Numbered from the stretch's first letter, positions 43,939 to 54,831 are shown. The stretch: DNA of 64,000 nucleotides from an uncultured virus (IMG/VR IMGVR_UViG_3300012950_000001) (IMGVR_UViG_3300012950_000001), one strand, 5' to 3'. The notes: generated by a model not told the origin, from the letters alone. A program made the numbers and translations.

Positions 43939-45003
43939 ATGCTAACCAATCATTTCTATCACGAAATAATTCGTAAAACAATTGTTTCGTTTGGTACTCT
44001 TTTTAATAACATTGAAATTCAGCACACAGATAAGGCTGGAAAAGTTGTTAGTGTAATAAAAGTTCCAGTATCATACGGACCAACTCAGAAATTTCTTGCA
44101 AGATTAGAACAAGGTAGGGACTATAACGATGGAGTTGCTGCAGCTCTTACTCTACCAAGGATGTCTTTTGAAGTAATTGGTATGCAATATGACTCGACCA
44201 GAAAGGTTTCTACTATGCAGACCTTTAAGTCAGTCAATAAGAGTACCAATAAACTGATTAAAGGGTTCATGCCTGTTCCTTATAATATTAGTATGCAAAT
44301 GAGTATCCTTGCAAAGTTAAATGAGGATGCCATTCAGATTTTAGAACAGATCTTACCATATTTTCAACCAGCATTTAATCTAACGATAGATTTGGTAAGT
44401 ATTATTGGTGAGAAAAGAGATATGCCAATAACTCTTGAGAGTATTGGTATGGAAGATAATTATGAAGATGATTATCTAACAAGAAGGGCATTGATTTATA
44501 CTCTTAATTTTAATTGTAAGACATTCCTATTTGGTCCTATTAACAATAGTAGTGAAGGACTAATTAAGAAAGTTCAAGTTGATTACACTAGTGACACTGC
44601 AAATCTTAAAACTGCTCCAAGACAAGTTAGATATCAAGCAGTTCCAGTTGCAGTTAAGGATTATAATGCAGATGATACCGCAAGAACAAATGAAGTATTC
44701 AATGAAACTGTAACTTCATTTAATGTTAGTTCTGCAACTCCATTTAATAAAGGTGATTATATTCAGATAGATGAGGAGAAGATGTTAATTAAGTCCAAGT
44801 CTGGACAAAGATTAACTGTAAGAAGAGGAGAGTATGGAAGTACTCCTGTTCCACATGACATCGATGTTCCTATAAATGCTATTACTATACAGGATACGGC
44901 TCTCATAGAAGAGGGTGATGACTTTGGTTTCGGTGAAACTAAGAGCGAATTCGCAGATGGTCTAGTATTCAGTATCAGTCAGCAAACTGATTCCGACTTA
45001 TGA
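43939..45003 (+). CDS. gp15: Tail sheath stabilizer/terminator gp15
   Basis: FYH...RK....FG.LFN.I, KVP..YGP..KFL, LPRMSF, QI.EQILPYFQP; TCTAAATA at 43910. Confidence 0.93.
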   Translation: MLTNHFYHEIIRKTIVSFGTLFNNIEIQHTDKAGKVVSVIKVPVSYGPTQKFLARLEQGRDYNDGVAAALTLPRMSFEVIGMQYDSTRKVSTMQTFKSVNKSTNKLIKGFMPVPYNISMQMSILAKLNEDAIQILEQILPYFQPAFNLTIDLVSIIGEKRDMPITLESIGMEDNYEDDYLTRRALIYTLNFNCKTFLFGPINNSSEGLIKKVQVDYTSDTANLKTAPRQVRYQAVPVAVKDYNADDTARTNEVFNETVTSFNVSSATPFNKGDYIQIDEEKMLIKSKSGQRLTVRRGEYGSTPVPHDIDVPINAITIQDTALIEEGDDFGFGETKSEFADGLVFSISQQTDSDL

Positions 45004-45434
45004 AACATGAATTTGATGCTATAGATGATGCTTTGGAAGTTTCTTCAGAGATAATCCCTACAAAAGATATAGAGAAGAGACCAACTAGAACCAGCATTAA
45101 GAAATCCTCAGAAGATTCTCCAGAGATTCAAAGGGATTATGAATATAGTAGAGCTCAGTTATATTCGTTAATTGAGAAGGGACAGGAAGCGGTTGATGGT
45201 ATTCTTGATGTTGCCGAACAAAGTCAATCTGCAAGATCGTATGAAGTTGCTGGTCAGTTAATCAAACACGTTGCTGACACTGCTGATAAGTTAATGGATC
45301 TTCAAAAGAAGGTTAAAGACATTGAAGAAGTAGATACTAAACAAACTACTAATGTCACTAATAATGCGTTGTTTGTAGGTAGCACTGCTGAATTGCAGAA
45401 GATGCTTAAACAGACAATGAAGGATTCTAAATAA
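45000..45434 (+). CDS. gp16: Terminase small subunit gp16
   Basis: DYEY.R..L...I.KG..A......A.....R.YEV, F.GST..L. Confidence 0.9.
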   Translation: MKHEFDAIDDALEVSSEIIPTKDIEKRPTRTSIKKSSEDSPEIQRDYEYSRAQLYSLIEKGQEAVDGILDVAEQSQSARSYEVAGQLIKHVADTADKLMDLQKKVKDIEEVDTKQTTNVTNNALFVGSTAELQKMLKQTMKDSK

Positions 45435-45456
45435 TCAAGGAGACCTGCGTTCTACT

Positions 45457-45705
45457 ATGAAATCATATAGAAACTTACGAGAAGAAAATTGGGATAGGTT
45501 GAACAAGTACGGCGCAACTTATTCTATAACGTTCATCTTTAGAGGACAAACTAAGTTCCTTCAGATGTTCTTCCCACAAAGAGGACGACCTTTTAAGAGG
45601 GATGTTCAACATGAATTGGAGAAAGTATATCCAGGCGGTAGAGTAATATATTTCTGTCCTTCTGACAAAGACCCGACTAAACCTTTACTTGTAATTAATC
45701 CCTGA
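45457..45705 (+). CDS. Conserved cyanophage hypothetical protein between gp16 and gp17
   Basis: GGAG RBS, TCTAAATA at 45426, stop overlapping the gp17 start. Confidence 0.7.
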   Translation: MKSYRNLREENWDRLNKYGATYSITFIFRGQTKFLQMFFPQRGRPFKRDVQHELEKVYPGGRVIYFCPSDKDPTKPLLVINP

Positions 45706-47363
45706 TGGCTAAAGAATCTGATAATGTATATCTTGGTAACCCGAATCTAAAGAAAGCCAACACACCTATTAATTTCACTAAGAAACAGATTGCTGAGTTT
45801 CTGAAATGTAAAGATGATCCCGTATATTTTACTGAGAAGTTTATAAAAATTATTAACTTGGATGAAGGTCTAGTACCTTTTGACATGTATCCATTTCAAA
45901 GGAAGTTAATTCATAATTTCCATAGTGGTAGATTTAATATATGTAAGATGCCTCGACAGTCTGGTAAATCAACGACTGTGGTATCTTATCTTTTGCATTA
46001 TGCATTGTTCAATGACAGTGTAACTATAGGTATTCTTGCAAACAAAGCTGCAACCGCTAGGGATCTACTAGGTAGATTGCAGATTGCATATGAGGCATTA
46101 CCTAAGTGGATGCAACAAGGTATTATTGCATGGAACAAAGGTTCTATGGAATTAGAGAATAAGTCTAAGATTGTTGCTGCATCTACCTCTGCATCTGCGG
46201 TTCGGGGTATGTCATTCAACATCATATTCCTAGACGAATTTGCGTTCATTCCCAACCATATTGCAGAGGATTTCTTTAGTAGTGTATATCCTACTATTAG
46301 TTCTGGTAAGTCTACTAAGGTAATTATTGTTTCTACCCCTCGTGGTATGAATCATTTTTATCGATTGTGGCATGATGCAGAACTTGGTAGAAACGAGTAT
46401 ATAACCACGGACGTTCATTGGACAGAAGTTCCAGGCAGAGATGAAGCGTGGAAAGAACAAACGGTTAAGAACACATCAGAAGCTCAGTTCCGAGTTGAGT
46501 TTGAGTGTGAGTTCTTAGGATCTGTTGATACTTTAATATCTCCAGCTAAATTAAAAGTCATGGCCTATGACGAACCAACAGGTAAGGGCCCAAGAGGAGG
46601 AGAGATATATACAAATCCAGTTTCTGGTCACAATTATATCATAACAGTTGATGTTGCAAGAGGTGTAGAGAAGGATTATTCTGCTTTTATTGTTGTTGAT
46701 ACTACAGAGTTCCCGTATAAGGTAGTTGCTAAGTATCGAAATAATAATATAAAACCTATGATATTCCCCAGTGTTGTACAGGAATTTGCTAAAGCATATA
46801 ATAATGCATATGTTTTAGTAGAAGTAAATGATGTTGGGGATCAGGTTGCATCTATATTATTCTATGATTTGGAATATGAAAATTTATTAATGAGTTCTGT
46901 AAGAGGAAGAGCTGGTCAGGTATTAGGTATAGGTTTCTCTGGTAATAAGACGCAGTTAGGCGTTAAGATGTCTAAGACGGTTAAGAAGATTGGTTCTCTT
47001 AATTTAAAGACTTTAATTGAATCTGATAAATTACTTATAAATGATTATGATATAATTGCAGAACTAACTACCTTTATCCAAAAGGCTCAATCGTTTGAGG
47101 CAGAAGAAGGATCTAATGATGACCTTGCAATGTGCTTAGTAATATTTGCATGGTTGGTATGTCAGGATTTCTTTAAAGAGATGACTGATGATGATGTTAG
47201 AAAGAGAGTTTATGATGAACAGAAGAATGAGATTGAACAGGATATGGCTCCTTTTGGATTCGTGGATGATGGTTTAGGAGAAGATAGTTTTGTTGATACT
47301 ACAGGAGATAGATGGAATACAGATGAATACGGCGACAGATCTTACATGTGGGAATACCTCTAA
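45705..47363 (+). CDS. gp17: Terminase large subunit gp17
   Basis: YLGNPNLK, RQSGKST Walker A, LDEFAF Walker B, STP.G.NHF, RNase H-like D...G...DYS and DD..M. Confidence 0.96.
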   Translation: MAKESDNVYLGNPNLKKANTPINFTKKQIAEFLKCKDDPVYFTEKFIKIINLDEGLVPFDMYPFQRKLIHNFHSGRFNICKMPRQSGKSTTVVSYLLHYALFNDSVTIGILANKAATARDLLGRLQIAYEALPKWMQQGIIAWNKGSMELENKSKIVAASTSASAVRGMSFNIIFLDEFAFIPNHIAEDFFSSVYPTISSGKSTKVIIVSTPRGMNHFYRLWHDAELGRNEYITTDVHWTEVPGRDEAWKEQTVKNTSEAQFRVEFECEFLGSVDTLISPAKLKVMAYDEPTGKGPRGGEIYTNPVSGHNYIITVDVARGVEKDYSAFIVVDTTEFPYKVVAKYRNNNIKPMIFPSVVQEFAKAYNNAYVLVEVNDVGDQVASILFYDLEYENLLMSSVRGRAGQVLGIGFSGNKTQLGVKMSKTVKKIGSLNLKTLIESDKLLINDYDIIAELTTFIQKAQSFEAEEGSNDDLAMCLVIFAWLVCQDFFKEMTDDDVRKRVYDEQKNEIEQDMAPFGFVDDGLGEDSFVDTTGDRWNTDEYGDRSYMWEYL

Positions 47364-47597
47364 ATGATGGACTTTGACGACCAATTTGATTTAGGACATC
47401 TATTTTTACAAGAGAGGAAATGTAGAACTTGTGGAGATGTAAAGGATCTTATAGGTGGTTTTTATTTGACACGTAAGAATAGAGGAGCTCTTGCTTCTTC
47501 ATATTCATATGAATGTAGGATATGTACGGTTAAACGTATAGTTAAAAGAAGAAGAGAAAATAAAGTTTTACCAGATGAACTATATCCAGATTGGTAG
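47364..47597 (+). CDS. Small CxxC...CxxC zinc-finger protein
   Basis: CRTC ... YSYECRIC, C-terminal YPDW; position between gp17 and gp18. Confidence 0.7.
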   Translation: MMDFDDQFDLGHLFLQERKCRTCGDVKDLIGGFYLTRKNRGALASSYSYECRICTVKRIVKRRRENKVLPDELYPDW

Positions 47598-47684
47598 TAT
47601 GTTCATGGATTGTTTCCCCATTAAAAAGCTCTAATCAATAAATAAGTTTAGGGAAAAAGATGAAACTCTTCAAGGGGAACTAAC

Positions 47685-50102
47685 ATGGCGTTAAATTTAG
47701 TATCACCAGGCGTTAGAGTCAAGGAAATTGATTTAACCATCGGCAGAATTGACGATATCAACGATCAGGTTGGTGCAATTGCAGGTCCTTTTGAAAAAGG
47801 TCCAGTTAATGTACCGATTTTAATTGAGACAGAAGCCGAATTACTCAATACGTTTGGGTCACCAAAATCTTCTGATGCTCAGTACGAATATTGGATGACT
47901 GCATCCGCTTTCTTGTCTTATGGTGGAGTACTTAGAGTAATTAGGACAAGTGGAGATAAACTCTCCAATGCTAACACACCTGTTGGTGCTGCAGTTACTA
48001 ACTTGTCTATCGAGTCTGCTGAAGACTATTTCAATAATCACACTATCGATCCACTCTGGAAGTATTCTGCAAGGAACCCTGGCTCATGGGCAAACGATCT
48101 TAAAGTTTGCATCGTTGATGGTAAGGCAGATCAAAGACTTGCAATTGGTACTGATGGACTTGCAGTTGGATATGCTGTTACCGCTGGTTTCTCTACTAGT
48201 GTTGCTCTAACAGATGGTACTGTTGGTGTTCAAACTGGATACCTTAAGGGACAGATCACTGCAATCAACAAAGGATCCTTTGACGTTAAGATCATTAGTA
48301 AGTTTGACAGTTCAACTAGTGTCTGGTCTGAAACCGACTATGAAGAAGGTTCATCTACTAATGCTTTCCAAGGATATGAACAGGGAATCTTCGATTGGCA
48401 GAACACTAATCAAGTTCCTAACGTTAACTATCCTAACCGTATAAGAGTTTTCAATGCTTCTGGTATTGAACAAAGAATTGAGAGAACTAGATTCCAAGCA
48501 ACAATCGGAATTGGTTCTACTGGTATTGATTTTGGTTCTGATTTAGACACCTATAAGGCACATATCGGAGACCAGATCAAGTCCGTTAATGGAACATACA
48601 CTGGTAATATAGTTGGTTATTCAACTATCTTCAACCGTATCATTATGGACACTTCTGCTACAGTGTCGTTTGCAAATACAGACTTCGTTGTTAGTTCTGG
48701 TGTTGGTAGTGGTATTAACTTACGTGTAGGTAATACTGCAACTGATTGGTATCAACAACAGACACTCGGACTTTCTAATAGTAATTTCTATTGGAAGAAC
48801 GTTGCTCCTGCTCCTAGCACATCCGCATATGCTAAGGAAAGGAATTCAAGATTTGATGAAGTTCATGTTGTAGTTGTTGATGATACTGGTTCTGTAACAG
48901 GTACAGCTGGTAACATCCTAGAGAAATGGACTGGATTATCTAAGGCACTTGATGCTAAGATCTCTCCAAGTACAGCTACTTACTACAAGGATTACATCGC
49001 TAACTACTCTGATTACGTTTTCGCTGGTGCAGTTGAAACTGGAATCGGACTTAAGTACTCCACTAATAGTGGATATACTGTTGATGCAACAGGTACTTGG
49101 GGTCAGAACGCTCAGAACGTTACCTTCAATGGTGTAGGTGCTGTTGCAAATACACTCGCAAGTGGTAATGACTATGGATCTGTTAATTCATACAATACTA
49201 CTCTCGGAGACGTTGTTAGTTCCTATACAGTTTTAGAAAATCCTGCTGAATACGATGTTAATTATCTAATTCAGGGACCATCTGGCGGATCTTCAATCTA
49301 TGAAGCTCAGGCCAAGGCTAATAAACTAATTCAGATTGCAAATACCCGTAAGGATTGCATCGCTTGTATTTCACCATACAGATCTGGAGTAGTTGGTTTA
49401 ACTAACTCTGACACTCAGACAAGCAACGTAGTTACTTTCTACGATAGTTTGTCGTCTAGTTCCTATGCAGTATTTGACTCTGGTTACAAATACACCTTCG
49501 ATAGGTTTAATAACACATTCCGTTATATTCCTTTGAATGGTGATATTGCTGGAGTTATGGCAAGAACATCTATTAATTCTTATCCTTGGTTCTCACCTGC
49601 TGGTTCTACAAGGGGTACAATTAATAATGCAATCAAACTTGCATATAATCCTTCTCAGGCACAAAGAGATCTTCTCTATCCTAAGAGAATTAACCCTGTT
49701 GTCTTCTCTGCTGGTGCAGGAATGATTCTCTTCGGAGACAAGACAGGACTTAAGGATGCCTCTGCTTTCGATAGAATCAACGTTCGTCGTTTGTTCTTAA
49801 CAATCGAAAGTACAATTGAAAGGGCTGCAAAAGCTCAACTATTTGAATTCAACGATACTCTTACAAGAACAAACTTCTTGAATATTGTTGAACCATACCT
49901 TCGTGATGTTAAGGCTAAGAGAGGTATTACAGACTTTGTGGTTGTCTGTGACGAGTCTAATAACACACCTGATGTTATTGACGCTAACCAGTTTAAGGCA
50001 GACATATTTGTGAAGCCTGCCAGATCGATCAACTTTATCGGTCTAACCTTTGTTGCAACTAGGACTGGCATCAGTTTTGATGAAGTCATAGGTACTGCTT
50101 GA
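47685..50102 (+). CDS. gp18: Tail sheath protein gp18
   Basis: LVSPGV...E.D, F..GP, ARNPG.W.N, PWFSPAG..RG, SAFDRINVRRLF, FEFND..TR, KPARSINFI.L.F.A; AATAAATA at 47637. Confidence 0.96.
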   Translation: MALNLVSPGVRVKEIDLTIGRIDDINDQVGAIAGPFEKGPVNVPILIETEAELLNTFGSPKSSDAQYEYWMTASAFLSYGGVLRVIRTSGDKLSNANTPVGAAVTNLSIESAEDYFNNHTIDPLWKYSARNPGSWANDLKVCIVDGKADQRLAIGTDGLAVGYAVTAGFSTSVALTDGTVGVQTGYLKGQITAINKGSFDVKIISKFDSSTSVWSETDYEEGSSTNAFQGYEQGIFDWQNTNQVPNVNYPNRIRVFNASGIEQRIERTRFQATIGIGSTGIDFGSDLDTYKAHIGDQIKSVNGTYTGNIVGYSTIFNRIIMDTSATVSFANTDFVVSSGVGSGINLRVGNTATDWYQQQTLGLSNSNFYWKNVAPAPSTSAYAKERNSRFDEVHVVVVDDTGSVTGTAGNILEKWTGLSKALDAKISPSTATYYKDYIANYSDYVFAGAVETGIGLKYSTNSGYTVDATGTWGQNAQNVTFNGVGAVANTLASGNDYGSVNSYNTTLGDVVSSYTVLENPAEYDVNYLIQGPSGGSSIYEAQAKANKLIQIANTRKDCIACISPYRSGVVGLTNSDTQTSNVVTFYDSLSSSSYAVFDSGYKYTFDRFNNTFRYIPLNGDIAGVMARTSINSYPWFSPAGSTRGTINNAIKLAYNPSQAQRDLLYPKRINPVVFSAGAGMILFGDKTGLKDASAFDRINVRRLFLTIESTIERAAKAQLFEFNDTLTRTNFLNIVEPYLRDVKAKRGITDFVVVCDESNNTPDVIDANQFKADIFVKPARSINFIGLTFVATRTGISFDEVIGTA

Positions 50103-50138
50103 TATCCACTAAATAAATTACGAAGGAGCTAAAAAGGC

Positions 50139-50825
50139 ATGGGCACTAAAAATCCAAATGGACCACAGGTAAAAGATCGCACTATCGACATTTTCAAGTC
50201 GAAACTAATCGGTGGTGCTGCAAGACCTAACCTGTTTGAGGTCAAATTACAATTCCCTTCTTATGTACAGGGAAACCAGTTGGATGATTTTTCATCCTTT
50301 ATGGTTAAGGCTGCTGCACTTCCTGCCTCGAATGTTAATGTTATTAACGTGCCATTCAGAGGAAGAGAGTTAAAGATTGCAGGTGACAGGTCATTCGATA
50401 TCTGGACAATCTCTGTAATTAATGACGTTTCATTCAATTTAAGAAACGCATTTGAACAGTGGATGAACGGAATCAATAAGCATGATAGTGCAATGGGTTA
50501 TATCAATCCTACACAATATCAAACAGATGCTTATGTTCTTCAGTTAGGAAGAAACGATATACAAAGCACTAGACAGGCAAAGGCTGGTACTATTAATCAA
50601 GACATTCCAAAAGGTAATGATAAAGTTCCTGTACTTAAGAAGTATAAGTTCAATGGTGTCTTCCCAACCAATGTAAGTGCAATTGAAGTTTCTTACGACG
50701 CTGCTGATCAAATAGAAGAATTTACAGTTGATCTACAAGTTCAATGGTGGGATGCTTGGGATGGAGAAGAGAATAATCTCTTCAATACTGAGTCTGCTGT
50801 TGAAAACGAACAACTTGCACCATAA
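50139..50825 (+). CDS. gp19: Tail tube protein gp19
   Basis: GGAARPNLF.V, PFRGR.LKIAGDR.F..W..., FP.....I......D.IEEF.V; ACTAAATA at 50108. Confidence 0.93.
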   Translation: MGTKNPNGPQVKDRTIDIFKSKLIGGAARPNLFEVKLQFPSYVQGNQLDDFSSFMVKAAALPASNVNVINVPFRGRELKIAGDRSFDIWTISVINDVSFNLRNAFEQWMNGINKHDSAMGYINPTQYQTDAYVLQLGRNDIQSTRQAKAGTINQDIPKGNDKVPVLKKYKFNGVFPTNVSAIEVSYDAADQIEEFTVDLQVQWWDAWDGEENNLFNTESAVENEQLAP

Positions 50826-50854
50826 ATATCTCTATTTGATAAGAGGGATATTTT
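50824..50854 (+). terminator. Probable terminator hairpin after gp19
   Basis: AAATATCTCT...AGGGATATTT stem; AT-rich and weak. Confidence 0.45.
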
Positions 50855-50897
50855 GATGTAATAAATAACTGGGAAGAGCCCAGTTAGTGATAGTTAG

Positions 50898-52583
50898 ATG
50901 GCTAAATTATTTGGTTTTAAAATTCAGAAGGACGATGAGGCTGTAAAGTCCGTCGTTTCTCCTGTTCCAAAATCCGAGGAGGATTCCTCGGATTATTATG
51001 TGTCTAGTGGTTTTTACGGACAGTACGTAGACATCGATGGTGTCTATAAATCTGAATTTGATTTAATCAAAAGATATAGAGAGATGGCATTACATCCCGA
51101 AGTGGATAATGCTATCGAAGATATTATAAACGAAGCGATTGTTTCCGATCAGAATGATTCTCCTGTTCAGATTGACTTGGAGAATACTCCAGGCTCTGAG
51201 AAGTTAAAGGAATTAATCAGACAAGAATTTAAATCCGTTAAAGAACTCATGAACTTCGATAAGAAGTGTCATGAGATTTTGCGTAATTGGTATATTGATG
51301 GCAGAATCTTTTATCACAAAGTCATTGATATAAAAAAGCCAGAACAAGGAATACAAGAAGTTAGAAATATAGATCCACTTAAAATAAAATTTATTAGAAA
51401 GTTGAAAGAGGATAAGACTCTTAATGGCGCTCTACAAAGAGTTAATCAGGATCAAATTCAAAATGTAGATAATCCAGAGATTGAAGAATATTATCTTTAC
51501 GATCCAGGCACTAATGCTAATAAAGCTGGAGTAGGTGGTATTGGACAACCATTTAAGAGTTCATTAAAACCAGTAAAACTTGCGCCAGATTCCGTTACAT
51601 TCGCTCATTCTGGTTTAGTAGATAGAAATAAGAATACCATTCTTTCTTATCTAAACAAGTCCATTAAGGCACTTAATCAGTTAAGAATGATTGAGGACTC
51701 CCTTGTTATCTACAGGTTGAGTCGTGCTCCTGAAAGAAGGATCTTTTATATTGATGTAGGTAATCTTCCAAAGATTAAAGCGGAACAATACCTCAAAGAG
51801 GTTATGAACCGTTATAGAAATAAGTTAGTATATAACGCATCAACTGGTGAGATCAGGGATGACAGAAAGCATATGAGTATGCTGGAAGATTTCTGGTTAC
51901 CACGTAGAGAAGGTGGTAGGGGTACTGAGATCACTACTCTTCCAGGCGGACAAAACCTTGGAGAACTTGCTGATATTGAGTACTTCCAAAAGAAACTTTA
52001 TCGTTCATTGGGAGTTCCCGAATCACGTATCGCTGGTTCAGGTGAAGGATTTAATCTTGGAAGGTCTTCTGAGATCTTAAGAGACGAGATTAAGTTCACC
52101 AAGTTTGTTGGTAGAATGAGAAAGAGGTTCTCAAGTGTCTTCCTTGACATGTTGAAGACTAATCTAATTCTTAAGAACATAGTTACCCCAGAGGACTGGG
52201 AAGTTCTTTCAGATCATATACAGTTTGATTTTGTATATGATAATCATTTTGCAGAACTTAAAGATGTAGAACTTCTTAATGAGAGACTTGGTGTTGTTGC
52301 CGCAGTCGATCCTTATGTTGGTAAGTACTACTCAATGGATTATGTAAGAAGACATGTCCTTAAACAAAAGGATGAAGAGATCATTGAGATCGATAAGCAG
52401 ATGGATAAGGAAATCAAAGACGGCAAGGTTATGGATCCTATGGAAACTCAACAATTAGGTATGGGTATTCATCCAGAACAGATGCCTGGCGGTATGCTTA
52501 ATCCTGTTGATCCTTCAATGGATCCTGCTGCTCAACAGCAACAACAACCACCTGCCCAAATGCCTAAAGGTGGTGAGATATAA
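50898..52583 (+). CDS. gp20: Portal vertex protein gp20
   Basis: NQL.M.ED..VIYR..RAPERR.FYIDVGN.P..KAEQY, EDFWLPRR.G..GTEI.TLPG. Confidence 0.97.
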   Translation: MAKLFGFKIQKDDEAVKSVVSPVPKSEEDSSDYYVSSGFYGQYVDIDGVYKSEFDLIKRYREMALHPEVDNAIEDIINEAIVSDQNDSPVQIDLENTPGSEKLKELIRQEFKSVKELMNFDKKCHEILRNWYIDGRIFYHKVIDIKKPEQGIQEVRNIDPLKIKFIRKLKEDKTLNGALQRVNQDQIQNVDNPEIEEYYLYDPGTNANKAGVGGIGQPFKSSLKPVKLAPDSVTFAHSGLVDRNKNTILSYLNKSIKALNQLRMIEDSLVIYRLSRAPERRIFYIDVGNLPKIKAEQYLKEVMNRYRNKLVYNASTGEIRDDRKHMSMLEDFWLPRREGGRGTEITTLPGGQNLGELADIEYFQKKLYRSLGVPESRIAGSGEGFNLGRSSEILRDEIKFTKFVGRMRKRFSSVFLDMLKTNLILKNIVTPEDWEVLSDHIQFDFVYDNHFAELKDVELLNERLGVVAAVDPYVGKYYSMDYVRRHVLKQKDEEIIEIDKQMDKEIKDGKVMDPMETQQLGMGIHPEQMPGGMLNPVDPSMDPAAQQQQQPPAQMPKGGEI

Positions 52584-52586
52584 ATA
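52579..52586 (+). promoter_or_regulatory. T4 late promoter TATAAATA
   Basis: Perfect consensus overlapping the gp20 stop. Confidence 0.75.
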
Positions 52587-52616
52587 TCTTTAGTCCAATC
52601 TTAAATTATTACTGTT

Positions 52617-52934
52617 ATGGATTCTGATTTGATTGATATGATAGCGAAAAATGAATCTCCAACGGACATTCATTCAAAGATAAAGGATATTCTATTTGCA
52701 AAATCTGCTGAGAATATCGATACTGTTAAACCAGCAGTAACTTCTTCTTTGTTTGGAGGACCCAATCCTTGGGCCGACGATCCTGAAGCAACTGCCGATG
52801 CAGAAGATTCTAACAATTCGGAAATTGAAGCTAGTCAAGAAGAGGAACCGACTTCTGAAGTTGATTCTGAAACCCCTAGTGCCGAGTTGGAAACTGAAAC
52901 GGATACCACTGAAGAAGAAAAACCAGAGGCCTAA
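52617..52934 (+). CDS. Acidic prohead core protein (gp67/68 position)
   Basis: Between gp20 and gp21; Glu-rich C-terminus. Confidence 0.6.
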   Translation: MDSDLIDMIAKNESPTDIHSKIKDILFAKSAENIDTVKPAVTSSLFGGPNPWADDPEATADAEDSNNSEIEASQEEEPTSEVDSETPSAELETETDTTEEEKPEA

Positions 52935-52937
52935 AAA

Positions 52938-53663
52938 ATGAAACTCATTAGAGAAGAGATCGAAACTGCGAAGGTTCTTATCGAAGAAAAAGACGGTAAG
53001 AAGTCTATGTTTATTGAGGGTATTTTCTTACAAGGAAACCTTAAGAATAGAAATGGTCGTTTCTATCCTACCGAAGTTCTTGAAAAAGAAGTCGCTAGGT
53101 ATAATGAGTCATATGTTGGAAAAGGCAGAGCTCTGGGAGAATTAGGTCATCCAGAAGGTCCAACTGTTAATTTGGACAGAGTATCTCACAAGATTATAGA
53201 TCTCCATAGGGAAGGAAATAATTTTGTAGGTAAAGCAAAGCTTTTAGAAACTCCAATGGGGGTTATCGCCAAGAATCTTTTAGATGAAGGCGTTAGTCTT
53301 GGAGTTTCATCAAGAGGCATGGGTTCTCTTAGAGACACTAACGAAGGTTACAAAGTCGTTGGTGAAGACTTCATGCTCGCAACAGCAGCAGACATTGTTG
53401 CTGATCCATCCGCTCCAGATGCTTTCGTAAACGGCATCATGGAGGGAGTTGATTGGGTTTGGGAAGCTGGCCTACTTAGGGCTCGTGAAGCTCAATTGGT
53501 TGTCAAGGAGAGTACTCCAGAACCAGTTGCAGTGACAGAGCCTGAGAAGGTAGTCGAACAAGCAATAGAGAAAGCTCAAGAATCAATAAATAAGATTGTT
53601 GATCCTAATGAGCTTGAGGAGAAGAAGTTGGAAATCTTCCAAACCTTCCTATCAAATCTCTAA
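52938..53663 (+). CDS. gp21: Prohead protease gp21
   Basis: IEGIF.Q....NRNGR.Y, GELGHP, GVSSRG.GS, D.V..PS..A. Confidence 0.96.
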   Translation: MKLIREEIETAKVLIEEKDGKKSMFIEGIFLQGNLKNRNGRFYPTEVLEKEVARYNESYVGKGRALGELGHPEGPTVNLDRVSHKIIDLHREGNNFVGKAKLLETPMGVIAKNLLDEGVSLGVSSRGMGSLRDTNEGYKVVGEDFMLATAADIVADPSAPDAFVNGIMEGVDWVWEAGLLRAREAQLVVKESTPEPVAVTEPEKVVEQAIEKAQESINKIVDPNELEEKKLEIFQTFLSNL

Positions 53664-53718
53664 TTTAATAAATAAATACAGATTACGATATCTACTAAAG
53701 CCTTAGAGGAGAGTTCAA

Positions 53719-54831
53719 ATGTCTCGTGGAGATTTACAAGAAATGGAAGTAGGCACAAAGCAATCCAAGACTGCTGTTAACGCCAACGCTGGTGCAGGCG
53801 ATCCAATGCCTTCAACACCCGATTACGTTGCTGGTAGTCAAGCGGTGGAAGATCTGGGAGGTCCTACTCCACAGAACTCTAAGCCTGACGACGACTCTAA
53901 CAAACTTAAGACTCCAACAGCGACGATTAAGCAAGTTAAAGACGTAGTAAACAAAGGAGCTGGGAAAGCTGACGCCATGCCTACTGCATCAAAAGGAAAA
54001 GTTTCTTACGAAGAAACAGAAACCAAAGAAGATGAGAAAGTGGAGGCCATCGCTGAAGATGAAACCGCTACTAAGGAAGATGAATCTAAGGTTGATCTTA
54101 ACGCTGCTATCGAGGAGGACGTAACTGCCCTTCTAAGTGGTGAAGAACTCTCCGAGGAATTCAAAGAAAAGGCTAAGGTAATCTTTGAAGCATCAATCAA
54201 TGCTAAGATTACTGATATCGAGAATCAACTTAATGAGGCATATGCCAAGAAACTTGTAGAAGAGACTGCCGAAGTTAAGGTAGAACTCACCGAGAGACTT
54301 GACTCATACCTCGAATATGTCGCAGGAGAATGGTTAGAGGAAAATGCACTCGCAGTTGAGCGTGGCATTAAGTCCGAAATGACCGAATCTTTCCTAGACG
54401 GCATGAAGAATCTTTTTGAAGAACATTATGTAACTTTACCTGAAGACAAATATGATGTACTTGAGAGCATGGTAGACAAGCTTGATGAAATGGAGACAAA
54501 ACTCAACGAGCAGATAGAGAAGAACGTATCCCTCAATAAGAGATTATCTGAGAGTACTGCTCAAACTGTCTTAAACAATGTTGCAGAAGGACTCGCAGTA
54601 TCCCAAAAGGATAAACTTGTGAATCTCTCTGAAGGTGTTGAGTTTGAAAGTGAAGAATCTTATCGTGCAAAACTAGAAACACTTAAGGAGTCTTACTTCG
54701 GAAGTAAGTCTGGTTCTGCAAAGGACGGACAGACTCAGGAGTTGAAGGAAGAAGCTGAGCATGTAGAAGCCCCTTCGGGATCTATGGCCACTTATCTTGC
54801 TGCTCTCTCCGCTGCCCATTCTAAAAATTGA
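53719..54831 (+). CDS. gp22: Prohead scaffolding core protein gp22
   Basis: Acidic coiled coil, FEA.I, YL.Y...EW..EN, F.EH; between gp21 and gp23. Confidence 0.9.
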   Translation: MSRGDLQEMEVGTKQSKTAVNANAGAGDPMPSTPDYVAGSQAVEDLGGPTPQNSKPDDDSNKLKTPTATIKQVKDVVNKGAGKADAMPTASKGKVSYEETETKEDEKVEAIAEDETATKEDESKVDLNAAIEEDVTALLSGEELSEEFKEKAKVIFEASINAKITDIENQLNEAYAKKLVEETAEVKVELTERLDSYLEYVAGEWLEENALAVERGIKSEMTESFLDGMKNLFEEHYVTLPEDKYDVLESMVDKLDEMETKLNEQIEKNVSLNKRLSESTAQTVLNNVAEGLAVSQKDKLVNLSEGVEFESEESYRAKLETLKESYFGSKSGSAKDGQTQELKEEAEHVEAPSGSMATYLAALSAAHSKN

